DNA of 64,000 nt from Leucoraja ocellata (Eukaryota). The DNA is taken from positions 558,001 to 622,000 of the forward strand of contig JAWMAR010000631.1 in assembly GCA_036785375.1 (NCBI GenBank), read 5' to 3'. A program made the translations under genes and the position numbers. How positions within the stretch are numbered: position 1 is the first letter of the stretch; each line of letters begins with the position of its first letter. Shown piece by piece: positions 26,433 through 37,892 of the stretch. The notes beneath the pieces are model-generated. The model was not told the DNA's origin. It saw only the letters and a list, made by a program, of their open reading frames with translations, and searched no databases.

Positions 26433-29400
26433 ATGGTGTTGAATGGGACAGTGGAGGATTGAGTTAAAGGGAAAGGGTTTCTTAAATGTGTGAGCGTAGA
26501 GACCGAAGGGTGTAAAATGAGGGTAGAAGAAATAGGTAGCAAGGTGAAAAGTAAAAGTGGCAGGCAGACAAAACCAGGGCAAAAATCAAAAAGGGCCACT
26601 TTTCAACATAATTGTATAAGGGGTAAGAGTGTTGTAAAAACAAGCCTGAAGGCGTTGTGTCTCAATGCAAGGAGCATTCGTAATAAGGTGGATGAGTTGA
26701 ATGTGCAGATAGCTATTAATGACTATGATATAGTTGGGATCACGGAGACATGGCTCCAGGGTGACCAAGGCTGGGAGCTGAACATCCAGGGATATTCAAT
26801 ATTCAGGAGGGATAGACAGAAAGGAAAAGGAGGTGGGGTAGCGTTACTGATTAGAGAGGGGATTAATGCAATGGAAAGGAAGGACATTAGTTTGGAGGAT
26901 GTGGAATCGGTATGGGTAGAGCTGCAAAACACTAAGGGGCAGAAAACGCTGGTGGGTGTTGTGTACAGGCCACCTAACAGTAGTAGTGAAGTTGGAGATG
27001 GTATCAAACAGGAAATTAGAAATACGTGCGACAAAGGCAAAACGGTTATAATGGGTGACTTCAATCTACATATAGATTGGGTGAATCAAATTGGCAGGGG
27101 TGCTGAGGAAGAGGATTTCTTGGAATGTATGCAGGATAGTTATCTAAATCAACATGTAGAGGAACCAACGAGAGAGCAGGCTATTTTAGACTGGGTATTG
27201 AGTAATGAGGGTTAGTTAGCAATCTTGTTGTACGTGCCCCCTTGGGCAAGAGTGACCATAATATGGTTGAGTTCTTCATTAGGATGGAGAGTGACATTGT
27301 TAATTCAGAAACAATGGTTCTGAACTTAAAGAAAGGTAACTTTGAGGGTATGAGACGTGAATTGGCCAAGATTGACTGGCAATTAATTCTAAAAGGGTTG
27401 ACGGTGGGTATGCAATGGAAGACATTTAAAGACTGCATGGATGAACAACAAAAATTGTTCATCCCAGTTTGGCAAAAGAATAAATCAGGGAAGGTAGTAC
27501 ATCCATGGATAACAAGGGAAATCAGGGATAGTATCAAAGCGAAGGATGATGCGTACAAATTAGCCAGAAAAGGCAGCATACCGGAGGACTGGGAGAAATT
27601 CAAAGACCAGCAGAGGAGGACAAAGGGCTTAATTAGGAAAGGAAAAATAGATTATGAAAGAAAACTGGCAGGGAACATAAAAACTGACTGCAAAAGTTTT
27701 TATAGATATGTGAAAAGAAAGAGATTAGTTAAAACAAATGTAGGTCCCTTGCAGTCAGAAACAGGTGAGTTGATCATGGGGAACAAGGATATGGCGGACC
27801 AATTGAATAACTACTTTGGTTCCGTCTTCACTAAGGAAGACATAAATAATTTGCCGGAAATAGCAGGGGACCGCGGGTCAAAGGAGTTGGAGGAATTGAG
27901 TGAAATCCAGGTTAGCCGGGAAGTGGTGTTGGGTAAATTGAATGGATTAAAGGCCGATAAATCCCCAGGGCCAGATAGGCTGCATCCCAGAGTACTTAAG
28001 GAAGTAGCTCCAGAAATAGTGGATGCATTAGTAATAATCTTTCAAAACTCTTTAGATTCTGGAGTAGTTCCTGAAGATTGGCGGGTAGCAAACGTAACCC
28101 CACTTTTTAAGAAGGGAGGGAGAGAGAAAATGGGGAATTACAGACCAGTTAGTCTAACATCGGTAGTGGGGAAACTGCTAGAGTCAGTTATTAAAGATGG
28201 GATAGCAGCACATTTGGAAAGTGGTGAAATCATTGGACAAAGTCAGCATGGATTTACGAAAGGTAAATCATGTCTGACGAATCTTATAGAATTTTTCGAG
28301 GATGTAACTAGTAGCGTGGATAGGGGAGAACCAGTGGGTGTGGTGTATCTGGACTTCCAGAAGGCTTTCGACAAGGTCCCACATAAGAGATTAGTATACA
28401 AACTTAAAGCACAAGGCATTGGGGGTTCAGTATTGATGTGGATAGAGAACTGGCTGGCAAACAGGAAGCAAAGAGTAGGAGTAAACGGGTCCTTTTCACA
28501 ATGGCAGGCAGTGACTAGTGGGGTACCGCAAGGCTCAGTGCTGGGACCCCAGCTATTTACAATATATATTAATGATCTGGATGAGGGAATTGAAGGCAAT
28601 ATCTCCAAGTTTGCGGATGACACTAAGCTGGGGGGCAGTGTTAGCTGTGAGGAGGATGCTAGGAGACTGCAGGGTGACTTGGATAGGCTGGGTGAGTGGG
28701 CAAATGTTTGGCAGATGCAGTATAATGTGGATAAATGTGAGGTTATCCATTTTGGTGGCAAAAACAGGAAAGCAGACTATTATCTAAATGGTGGCCGATT
28801 GGGAAAGGGGGAGATGCAGCGAGACCTGGGTGTCATGGTACACCAGTCATTGAAGGTAGGCATGCAGATGCAGCAGGCAGTAAAGAAAGCGAATGGTATG
28901 TTAGCTTTCATTGCAAAAGGATTTGAGTATAGGAGCAGAGAGGTTCTACTGCAGTTGTACAGGGTCTTGGTGAGACCACACCTGGAGTATTGCGTACAGT
29001 TTTGGTCTCCAAATCTGAGGAAGGACATTATTGCCATAGAGGGAGTGCAGAGACGGTTCACCAGACTGATTCCTGGGATGTCAGGACTGTCTTATGAAGA
29101 AAGACTGGATAGACTTGGTTTATACTCTCTAGAATTTAGAAGATTGAGAGGGGATCTTATAGAAACTTACAAAATTCTTAAGGGGTTGGACAGGCTAGAT
29201 GCAGGAAGATTGTTCCCGATGTTAGGGAAGTCCAGGACAAGGGGTCACAGCTTAAGGATAAAGGGGAAATCCTTTAAAACCGAGATGAGAAGAACGTTTT
29301 TCACACAGAGAGTGGTGAATCTCTGGAACTCTTTGCCACAGAGGGTAGTTGAGGCCAGTTCATTGGCTATATTTAAGAGGGAGTTAGATGTGGCCCTTGT

Positions 29401-29544
29401 GGCTAAGGGGATCAGGGGGTATGGAGAGAAGGCAGGTACGGGATACTGAGTTGGATGATCAGCCATGATCATATTGAATGGCGGTGCAGGCTTGAAGGGC
29501 CGAATGGCCTACTCCTGCACCTAATTTCTATGTTTCTATGTTTC
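26432..29544 (+). mobile_element. CR1 LINE, 5'-truncated young copy, near-identical to 21-3082
   Basis: ORFs 26490-27215 and 27242-29449 form ORF2 split by a 4-bp deletion near 27210; (TTTCTATG)n tail. Confidence 0.97.
26517..29449 (+). pseudogene. CR1 ORF2 (APE + RT) with a single frameshift
   Basis: APE motifs in the first frame; 735-aa RT frame with FADD. Confidence 0.93.
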
Positions 29545-29617
29545 AACTTCATGCCACCATTTGCAGTAAGTGGGGGGGGGGGGGGGGGGGGGGCTTTCTG
29601 GAGTGCTGGTATGAATC

Positions 29618-30294
29618 ATTTTAGAACCAATAGACATTTTTTGCCAGCTTTAGAACCAATAGTGATATTTCTTGCAAGCTTTAGAACCAATAGAGACACC
29701 TTTTGCAAGCTTTAGAACCAATAGATATTTTTTGCAAGCTTTAGAACCAATAGAGACACCTTTTGCAAGCTTTAGAACCAAAATACATTTTTTTTGCAAG
29801 CTTTAGAACCAATAGACATTTTTTGCACTTTAGAACCAATAGACAATTTCTTTGCAAGCTTTAGAACCAATAGACAATTTTTTTGCAAGCTTTAGAACCA
29901 ATAGACATTTTTTTTGCAAGCTTTAGAACCAATAGACATTTTTTTGCAAGCTTTAGAACCAATAGACATTTTTTTTGCAAGCTTTAGAACCAATAGACAT
30001 ATTTTTGCCAGCTTTAAAACCTATAGATATATTTTTGCCAGCTTTAAAACCTATAGACATATTTTTGCAAGCTTGGAACCAATAGACATTTTTTTGCCAG
30101 CTTTAGAACCAATAGTGATATTTTTTGCAAGCTTTAGAACCAACAGAGACACCTTTTGCAAGCTTTAGAACCAAAAGACATTTTTTTGCAAGCTTTAGAA
30201 CCAATAGACATTTTTTGCAAGCTTTAGAACCAATAGACAATTTTTTTGCCAGCTTGGAACCAATAGACATTGTTTTTGCAAGCTTTAGAACCAA
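29618..30294. repeat. Minisatellite, about 30-33-bp unit TTTTGCAAGCTTTAGAACCAATAGACATT (left block)
   Basis: About 20 tandem units differing mainly in T-run length. Confidence 0.95.
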
Positions 30295-30911
30295 TGGAGC
30301 ATATAGGTGGAGCAGCTCAGAGAGGTAAGGCGGGGCGAGGGTATTCAATGATTTAAAAACAAATAAAATAATTTAAAAATGAACTCGAAAGTGCACTGGG
30401 AGCCAGTGAAGGGAGGCCAAAATTGGCATAATGTGCTCCCTCTTTCGAGTTCCGGTTAAAAGGCGAGCGGCAGCATTTTGGACCAACTGGAGACGAGCCA
30501 ACGAAGCTCGTGAGACTCCAGAGTAGAGCGCGTTACAGTAATCCAGCCGAGATGAAATAAAGGCATGGATTACTGTTTCAAAATGCTGCCCTCGAGAATG
30601 GGCTTCACCTTTGCCAGCTTCCTTAGGTGAAAGAAGCTGGACTTAACCACTGCGCCTATTTGTTTATCTAATTTAAAATCACCGTCCATCATAAAACCCA
30701 GGTTTAAAACTGTTGGCTTTACGAACACTGCAAGTGGACCCAAGTCAACAGAGGGAGGTTCACGGCAGCCATTAGGGCCGAACAAAATCACTTCTGACTT
30801 TTTTTCGTTAAGTCCCAGAAAGTTTAAGGCCATCCAGGACTTAATGTCCTCAAGACAAGACAGAAGTGATTTTAGGGAATAATTATCTTCTTTCCTGAGT
30901 GGCATATACAA
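30295..30911 (-). mobile_element. L2 LINE ORF2 fragment (post-RT region) embedded in the minisatellite
   Basis: Minus strand encodes CLEDIKSWMALNFLGLNEKKSEVILF..NLG..VIHAFISSRLDYCNALY..LQLVQNAAARLLTG..LASLHWLPV..LAPPYLSELL; truncated at both ends. Confidence 0.9.
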
Positions 30912-31445
30912 TAGACATATTTGTGCAAGCTTAGAACCAATAGAGACATTTTTTGCAAGCTTTAGAACCAATAGACATTTTTTGCAAGCTTTAGAACCAA
31001 TAGATACACTTTTTGCAAGCTTTAGAACCAATGGAGACACTTTTTGCTCGCTTTAGAACCAATAGACATTTTTTGCAAGCTTTAGAACCAATAGACATTT
31101 TTTTGCCAGCTTTAGAACCAATAGACATTTTTTGCAAGCTCTAGAACCAATAGAGACACATTTTGCAAGCTTTAGAACCAATAGACATTTTTTGCAAGCT
31201 TTAGAACCAATAGACATTTTTTGCAAGCTTTAGAACTAATAGATATTTTTTTGCAAGCTTTAGAACCAATAGACATTTTTGCAAGCTTTAGAACCAATAG
31301 AGACATTTTTTGCAAGCTTTAGAACCAATAGACATTTTTGCAAGCTTTAGAACCAATAGACACTTTTTGCAAGCTTTAGAACAAATAGTCATTTTTTTGC
31401 AAGCTTTAGAACCAATAGACACATTCTACAAGCATTTTAGAACCA
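30909..31445. repeat. Minisatellite, same unit (right block)
   Basis: About 17 tandem units. Confidence 0.95.
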
Positions 31446-32039
31446 CTAAGGGCACTTACATTTGAGTAGACATGTGTTCAGTGTTATTCACAGATCAGAG
31501 AAACGTGACCCTCTGCCTTCCTCCATCTTGAAGAGTGAGCGAGGCATACCACTTCCTGGTTTTATAGTCTCTCTCCCTGCTGCCAGCGGGGGCAGCAGAG
31601 AGAATGGGGAATTTTGTAAAAACATTAATATCTCTGTCATTTTTAATCGACGGGAAAAATCCTCGGCACACATGCGGCGGAGGGGGGCTCTGAGCAAGGT
31701 GGCCAAAAATGAAGGCCGTAGGTGGCGGCGTTCTCTTGGAAATCGCAGCACAGATGGCCAAAACCGGTCAAGAACAGACTTTAGTAATATAGATTCATAT
31801 TATCTTGTATCTGTGAAGAGGGTCATTCAATCTACCATATGCCAGCTCATAAACGTATTCCCCCAGTTGTTCACCTGTAACATATTCAATCATTGCCTAT
31901 TTCCTTCCCTCCATAGATGCTGCCTCACCCGCTGAGTTTCTCCAGAATTTTTGGTCTATATTCAATCTCACTGTTCACCAACTCCACCTTAATTCACCTA
32001 CTTCACCCCACATTAGAGGTAGTTCACAGAAGGCAATTG

Positions 32040-32225
32040 TCACGGGTCTACATTTGGTTTCTCTGATGCACAGGTGGCCACATTGGGAACATTGCAGTCG
32101 ATGAGGTTAGAGAAGGTAGACGTGAAACTGTCTCATCTGGAAGCACTGCTGGGGTGCCTGGATGTGTTTAACATGGAGACTAGTATGGTGAAAGGTGAGG
32201 ACCAGGGGGACTCTGTCCTTGTCTA
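32040..32225 (-). mobile_element. Penelope-like element fragment (RT/GIY-YIG linker), internally deleted
   Basis: Minus strand DKDRVPLVLTFHH joined to IQAPQQCFQMRQ, both recognisable Penelope ORF motifs. A Penelope terminal-repeat piece lies at about 31890-31960. Confidence 0.65.
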
Positions 32226-32371
32226 CCTGAACACTATCTTTGTCTACAATACCACCTGATGTGCCATAATGCCATTCCAATAACTTTCCTATTCCATTGT
32301 TCCACCTGAGAGGAACGTTATAGAAGATGGACTGAGAAATAAATGAATTAAGCAAGTTAAAACTATTCTGA

Positions 32372-32565
32372 ATAGGTCCACCGAGTCTGCACCAACCAGC
32401 GATCCCAGTGCAGTAGCATTATCTTACACACTAGGGACAATTAAAAATATTATTTGTCAAATATCCTACAAACCAGTGCGGCTTTGGAGTGTGGGAGGAA
32501 ACCGGAGGACACGGAGAAAAATAACGCGGTCACAAGGAGAACGTACAAACTCCTTACAGACCGCC
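32372..32565 (-). mobile_element. V-SINE/HE1-like SINE fragment
   Basis: GGAGTGTGGGAGGAAACCGGAG..GGTCACAAGGAGAACGTACAAACTCC is the reverse complement of the SINE core. Confidence 0.8.
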
Positions 32566-32600
32566 CTGTCTTTTAAATTATATGAGAGTTTTAATATATA

Positions 32601-32999
32601 CTAGACCAAGTGCAGACCCGTCGGGTCTGCTCCCCCAATGGTGTGATCCCCCAACCCAATATTCCACCATGCACCCGTCTCCTCCAATGAAACTGAACCC
32701 GTTCCCAAATGTAAGATGCCAGCACTCCCGTGCCTCCCTCAGCAGCGGATTGAAAAAAAAAATCCAATTGCACCTCCCCTGCCTGCTGCAGCAGTTCCAA
32801 TTGCAATACCAATTGGCCCTCCCCCTCCTGTTGAAGCACTTGCTGTGATATCCCATTGAGGTGAAAAGTTCAGAGTGTTCCTGCCTTGCAACTTTGTTTT
32901 GAAGTGTGTTGGAAGCTGATAGGAAGGAGCAGCGAATCAAAAGGAAGAAAGGCAGCCACAGACTTGTATATAATAATAGAAATAGATAGATAGATAAGA
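32601..32999 (-). mobile_element. Short non-autonomous Helitron
   Basis: Minus strand 5' A|TCTTATCTATC.. and 3' ..GCAGACCC-GAC-GGGTCTGC-ACTTGGT-CTAG|T: TC start, subterminal GC hairpin (32612-32630), CTAG end, AT target, no TSD. Confidence 0.85.
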
Positions 33000-34142
33000 T
33001 TTGCCAGACATCAGATACATGTAAATTCCATCCTGTTTCAAACTAGTCAAAGAACTTGGGACTGATTTGAAAGAGTTTTGTTGGCATAAGCTGATGTCTC
33101 TCATTAAAGAATGGTGAAGTAACTGCTAAACTGCTTGGTGATTCTAATGATGAAAATGGCCCAGCATGTAACCATGCCAATAAATGTGGCAACAGGCTCA
33201 GAAACAAAGAAAACCAACTCAGATAATTATACAAATTATACAGATCATACAAGTGCTGAGGATCTACTTAATTAGACAGTGTCTGACGTATGCTTTATCA
33301 CTGGCATTGTTTTATTCATTAATTTGTCGTATCACTTGCTTAAAAATAAACAAATGAAAATATCAAATTATTGATTATTTGACAACTATAGAAGATTTAT
33401 TTAATGTCATCATAGGCAATTTTTTGCCACAGGGTATTGGCAAAGGAAGGATTTTTGTGCGCTTTCAGTGGATGCAACTACAAGTAAAATATTCCCCATT
33501 CATTGGAGAAAATGTAAAAATTATTTATTGTATTTTGCATTGTACATTATAGTTCACTGACTCCAGATCCCAAATGTCATTATCAGGCAGACACAGATTG
33601 TCCTGTTTTAATAAAAAATAAACAATTTTATAGTGGCACTTAAATTATTTTATCTCGCCGGATTGTCTGATATTTGATTGCTTCAAGCACAATTAGTTTT
33701 AGGCAATAAATTAAAAAAAAAGTTCTTCAGATCAGGATTGTTGAGCTGGTTGCAGAGAAATAATCTCACATCAATTTGCTTGCCATTTTCAGCCTGATCA
33801 TCGTTACTTTAAGAATGCACAGCAATATGTTACCAGAATTTATTAGGATTCTCAAACCTGACAGCATTTTCTTGTATCCTTTAATTTCATTGCAATTTTC
33901 AAAATTGCATCAGTGACTGCATTTAACATGCTATGAAACACTTTAGGAAGCTTTAACGATGTGAAAAATGTGATGCATAGAAGATTCTCTAAAATTATTT
34001 AACATTTTTAATTAATCTTCTTTGGAAGAGTATTCTCTGCAGTATGATTTAGATCTTAATAAAACCGTAAATGTGATGCAATATTACTCTGTATGCCTTT
34101 ATTCAGTAAATGTGAGACAGAATCTGCTTTATATCATTTATT

Positions 34143-34478
34143 ATAGAACATAAAAAAAAGAACAGTATTAATTAGGAACAGGCCCTTCGGCCAACAATGC
34201 CCATGCCAAACATGATGCTAGGTTAAATTAGTCTCCTCTGTATGCCTGTAATCTATATCCCCCCGACCTTGTATACCCATGTGCCTATTTAAATTCTTCT
34301 TCAATGCCATGATCATATCTGTCTCCACAACTACCGTTGGCAGCATGTTCCAAGCACCCAGAACTACAGTATCTCTCTGCAAAAAAAGCTTGCCCCGCTT
34401 ATCTCCTTCAAATTTTGCCCATCTAACGCTACCCCTCCATTCCTTGACACTTCCACCATGGGAGAAAGGTTCTGTGTG
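34143..34478 (-). mobile_element. CR1 3'-end fragment
   Basis: Reverse complement of the CR1 3' end (ACAGGCCCTTCGGCC; GAWNMLP..VVE). Confidence 0.75.
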
Positions 34479-34494
34479 AGCCACATTCAAACTG

Positions 34495-34740
34495 GAGGGA
34501 CTGTGGCCACACACAAACTGGAGGAGCAGCACTTTATGTTCCTCTTGGGTAGCTTACAACCTAACGGTATAAACATTGAGTTCTTCAATTTTAGCTAACT
34601 AAGCTACAAACAATCCCCTTTTTTTCGCCCTCCTTTCAATGCTATGCATGCTCTCTTCTCCCTTTCTGCTTTTCCCTGCTGTCCCCTTTCACCTATATTC
34701 CTCCCTCTGGCTTCACAATTCATCCCACTTCTATCCTTAT
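34495..34740 (+). mobile_element. Penelope-like GIY-YIG C-terminal fragment and 3' region
   Basis: KLEEQHFMFLLGSLQPNGINIEFFNF followed by a pyrimidine-rich tract. Confidence 0.75.
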
Positions 34741-34957
34741 CATCAGGGGTATAATTAATAATGATTGGTTTCTGTGTGTGTGTGTTGGGGGGGGTGTCGA
34801 ATGAATGAATACTGAGATATCATTAATATAAACACGATGCTTATCCAAAGTGTTACTCCTGTGATTAATACATGGATTTTCATATTTATGCCTATTGTCA
34901 GTTCATTGTCACAGATTTACTATTCACCTGTCAATACTACAGTTGAGCTAATGCAAT

Positions 34958-35222
34958 GGTGGTACGGTGGTGCAGCTGCTGCCTTGCAGCGCCAAAGACC
35001 CGGGTTCAATCTTGACTACGGGTGCTGACTGTGCAGAGTTTGGATGTTCTCCCTGTGACCACATGTGTTTTCTCTGGGTACTCCAATTTCATCCCACACT
35101 CCAAAGACGTGCAGGTTTGTAGGTTAATTGGCTTTGGTAAGTTGTAAAATTGTCCTTAGTGTGTAGGATATGTTAGTGTACGGGTTGATCACTTCGCCAC
35201 TGTATCTCTAAAGTCTAAAGTC
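34958..35222 (+). mobile_element. V-SINE/HE1-like SINE
   Basis: GGTGGTACGGTGG..GGGTTCAATC (A/B boxes), CCCACACTCCAAAGACGTGCAGG core and ctaaagtctaaag tail. Confidence 0.85.
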
Positions 35223-35862
35223 AATGGGGATAATGTACTGAATAGAATATTTCAAAGGGAGCCAATATACAAGATTTAAAAGTTAACAAGAAACCCAAAG
35301 AGAAAGATATTAAAAAATCATTTGATGCTGAATCCAGCCTGACATTTTGTTATGTTGAATAGAAGATCCAGCATGCAGTCACCCACTCATTAATGACAGA
35401 AACAATACTGTTTGTTCTGCTCGTTTGAAGTGGTAATCCCATAGAGAAGTGCATTTTTGATTTAAATAATAGTTCTCTTTCATTTTATTTGAGAAATTAA
35501 GCATAAAAACAAAGCACATTGGTCTAACATTTCAAGCAAGTGCAACAAGTGTAAAAGAAAGCGATGATAAAAAATGAATCTTATTAATTATACTGTACTT
35601 ACCAAAAGGAAATGAATGAATTGCAGGCGATATTCGTTGATGGCAAAAGGTAGAAGATTGACTGGTGGTGAATCAGCAGCTCAATTAAATTGCACTTGAT
35701 TTTGGTTTCCATTCAATATTTTTAAATCTGTCCTACATCCCTGCTATTTAAAGTGAACCTATGGTTCTTATCCTTGATTTTTCTACCAGTGGGAATAGTT
35801 GGGCTTTATTCAGACTAACACACAATCTACATTATTTTAAGTGGGGAACAGATTGCCCGTTC

Positions 35863-36553
35863 AATAAGCGAGTTCGGTATTCTGACTGCGCATGCCCAGG
35901 TTATAGGTCACTGGATATAAATATTCTCAGCAGCTGAGCTGCTGCATGTGTACAGACCTGTGTTTCATCCGTAGTCAGGATCGAACCGGATCTCCAGCGC
36001 TGCAAGCGCTGTTGAATTGCTACTGGAGTTAGTGACACTATTCCTCCCTTCTCCACTGGTCCATGCTGAAATCTCAGCAGATGAGGAGAGGGATGGGGAG
36101 AGATGGGGAGAGGGATGGGAAGAGAGATGGGGAGAGTGAAATTCGCTATCGCTGCTTCACTGCAGGTTCCGCACACTCCGTCTCCACAAGAACTTCCCAG
36201 CGCGAGGACGATCCCCCATCCCCCCGCCCCCGACTGGAGGGAGGGACTGGGGGACATTGCCCGCCTCTGCAACCATCATGCAAACCCCGGCACTCCCCGT
36301 GGAATGTTACACTAAACTCATCAGTGAGCAAAACCCAAACACGCACGTCTTTCACCCCTTTCTCTCTCCCCCACCTCTCACCATCTTTCCGCCAGTCCAG
36401 TCTCTCCCCTGTCTCCCACTCGCATCTGCCCCCCCCCCTTTCTCTCACTGTTACACCCTGCTTTCCCACTACCTGTTCGCATTTTTTTTCTCAAATGACC
36501 TTTGACAAATCCCATGATTCCTTGCATTTTTCGGAATACCGAACTCGCTTATT
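35863..36553. mobile_element. Unclassified element bounded by 23-bp terminal inverted repeats
   Basis: AATAAGCGAGTTCGGTATTCTGA (35863-35885) vs TCGGAATACCGAACTCGCTTATT (36531-36553), one mismatch. GC-rich interior with a SINE fragment at about 35955-36010. Confidence 0.65.
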
Positions 36554-37494
36554 AAGGTTGCTGCTTTGCTAAATTGGATTAAGTAATTTCTACATCAAAT
36601 CCTCAACATTAATCCATTGTTTGAAACTGTGCCACATACATCCTTTTCTTAGCTATAGTGTAGCTTGCCAGCTTTGCAGTGATTGCACCTGGCATAATTT
36701 CCAGGATGTGTTAGTTTCCGAAGTTGAACCTATTATAACACAGGCTGATCAGTGCACACACTTAAGCTGTATAAATACTGCCAATAGGATGAAGATACTG
36801 ATCCTCATATTTTTTCTTATTTCATTTATGATTCTGTAAAATCCTTTACTTTTTTCCTTTTATTTGTGGAACATTTATATCAAGGTCCAATTACAGATAT
36901 ACAGGTATTCATTTAATGGTTTATCTCTGCAATATAGTCTGAAAGGATAAGGCTTTTCCTTCACTCTGATCCGTTCTAAATCTTATTTGCTGTTGGTGAA
37001 TGTGATTAGCTTTAGCAATTCAATGTTCCTCCAGGTAAAATGCAGATCTGTCACCGAAGAACATTTTTATGCTACTAGAAGGAAATTTGTTCCATGTTTT
37101 GAGGCTAGGATTCAGAGGACTCTGAGGTATTTTCACATTGCCACTGAAAACATGATATAGAAATCTTGGAACCCCAGGGAGTGTTTTATTGCTGTTTCTG
37201 TCATAGCTCTTTGAGAGTATATTCGGCACATGCTATTTGTTCGCTCGAGCAGTCCCTTAAGTTTTATAGAATAGCAAAGGAATGAAAATGCAGCAGAACA
37301 ACATGAGGGAAAAGGACCAAGAGAGGGAGAGAGGTTGTGCCTTTGTGACACATTCCTCTGCATCTTAGAGCGCCCTCCTAAGTTATCTCTGAACCACCAC
37401 TTCTCTCTAAGGTCTCCTGTGCTCCCAAGACACCCCCTTCCTTCGGTCCATGCATCTTCTATGGACACACCTGATCACGTTCCCAGTGATCGTA

Positions 37495-37892
37495 AGGTCA
37501 TAAGAAATAGGAGTAGAATTAGGCCATTCGACCCATCAAGTCTACTCTGCCATTCAATCATGGCTGATCTATCTCTCCCTCCTAACCCCATTCTCCTGCC
37601 TTCTCCCCGTAACCTCTGACACCCGTATTAATCAAGAATCTATCTCTGCCTTAAAAATATCCACTGACAGCCTCCACAGCTTTCTGTGGCAAAGGATTCC
37701 ACAGATTCACCACCTTCTGACTAAATAAATTTCTCCTCATCTGCTTCCTGAAATAATGTCCTGTAATTCTGAGGCTATGACCTCTAGTCCAAGACTCTCC
37801 CACCAGTGGTAATATCTTCTCCACATCCACTCTATCCAAGCCTTTCACTATTCTGTCTGTTTCAATGAGGTCCCCCCTCATTCTGCTAAACT
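37495..37892 (-). mobile_element. CR1 3'-end fragment
   Basis: ORF 37651-37881 MRGDLIET..TRGHSLRI..VVNLWNPLP and a CR1 3' stem-loop. Confidence 0.9.

Larger units (their letters stand above)
25610..31793 (-). mobile_element. Composite non-autonomous Helitron-like element (3' end runs into the gap)
   Basis: Minus strand begins A|TCTATATTACTAAAGTCTG at 31793. At the gap edge, GTTGGGTCCC resembles half of the terminal hairpin of the 32601 element. A diverged internal duplicate of the 5' module is present (about 25980-26260 vs 31500-31770). Confidence 0.65.

Noticed and set aside
29618-31445. Regular ~30-bp repeats resembling a CRISPR array, and ORFs with repeated LEPIDIF/ASFRTN peptides
   Set aside because: Units are directly adjacent with no unique spacers, there are no cas genes and the context is eukaryotic; the ORFs are translations of the minisatellite.
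37130-37155. TCACATTGCCA match to miR-23 and TTCCATGTTTT similarity to miR-302
   Set aside because: Only about 11 nt match; the rest of the mature sequences is absent and the second copy lacks the miR-23-like seed.
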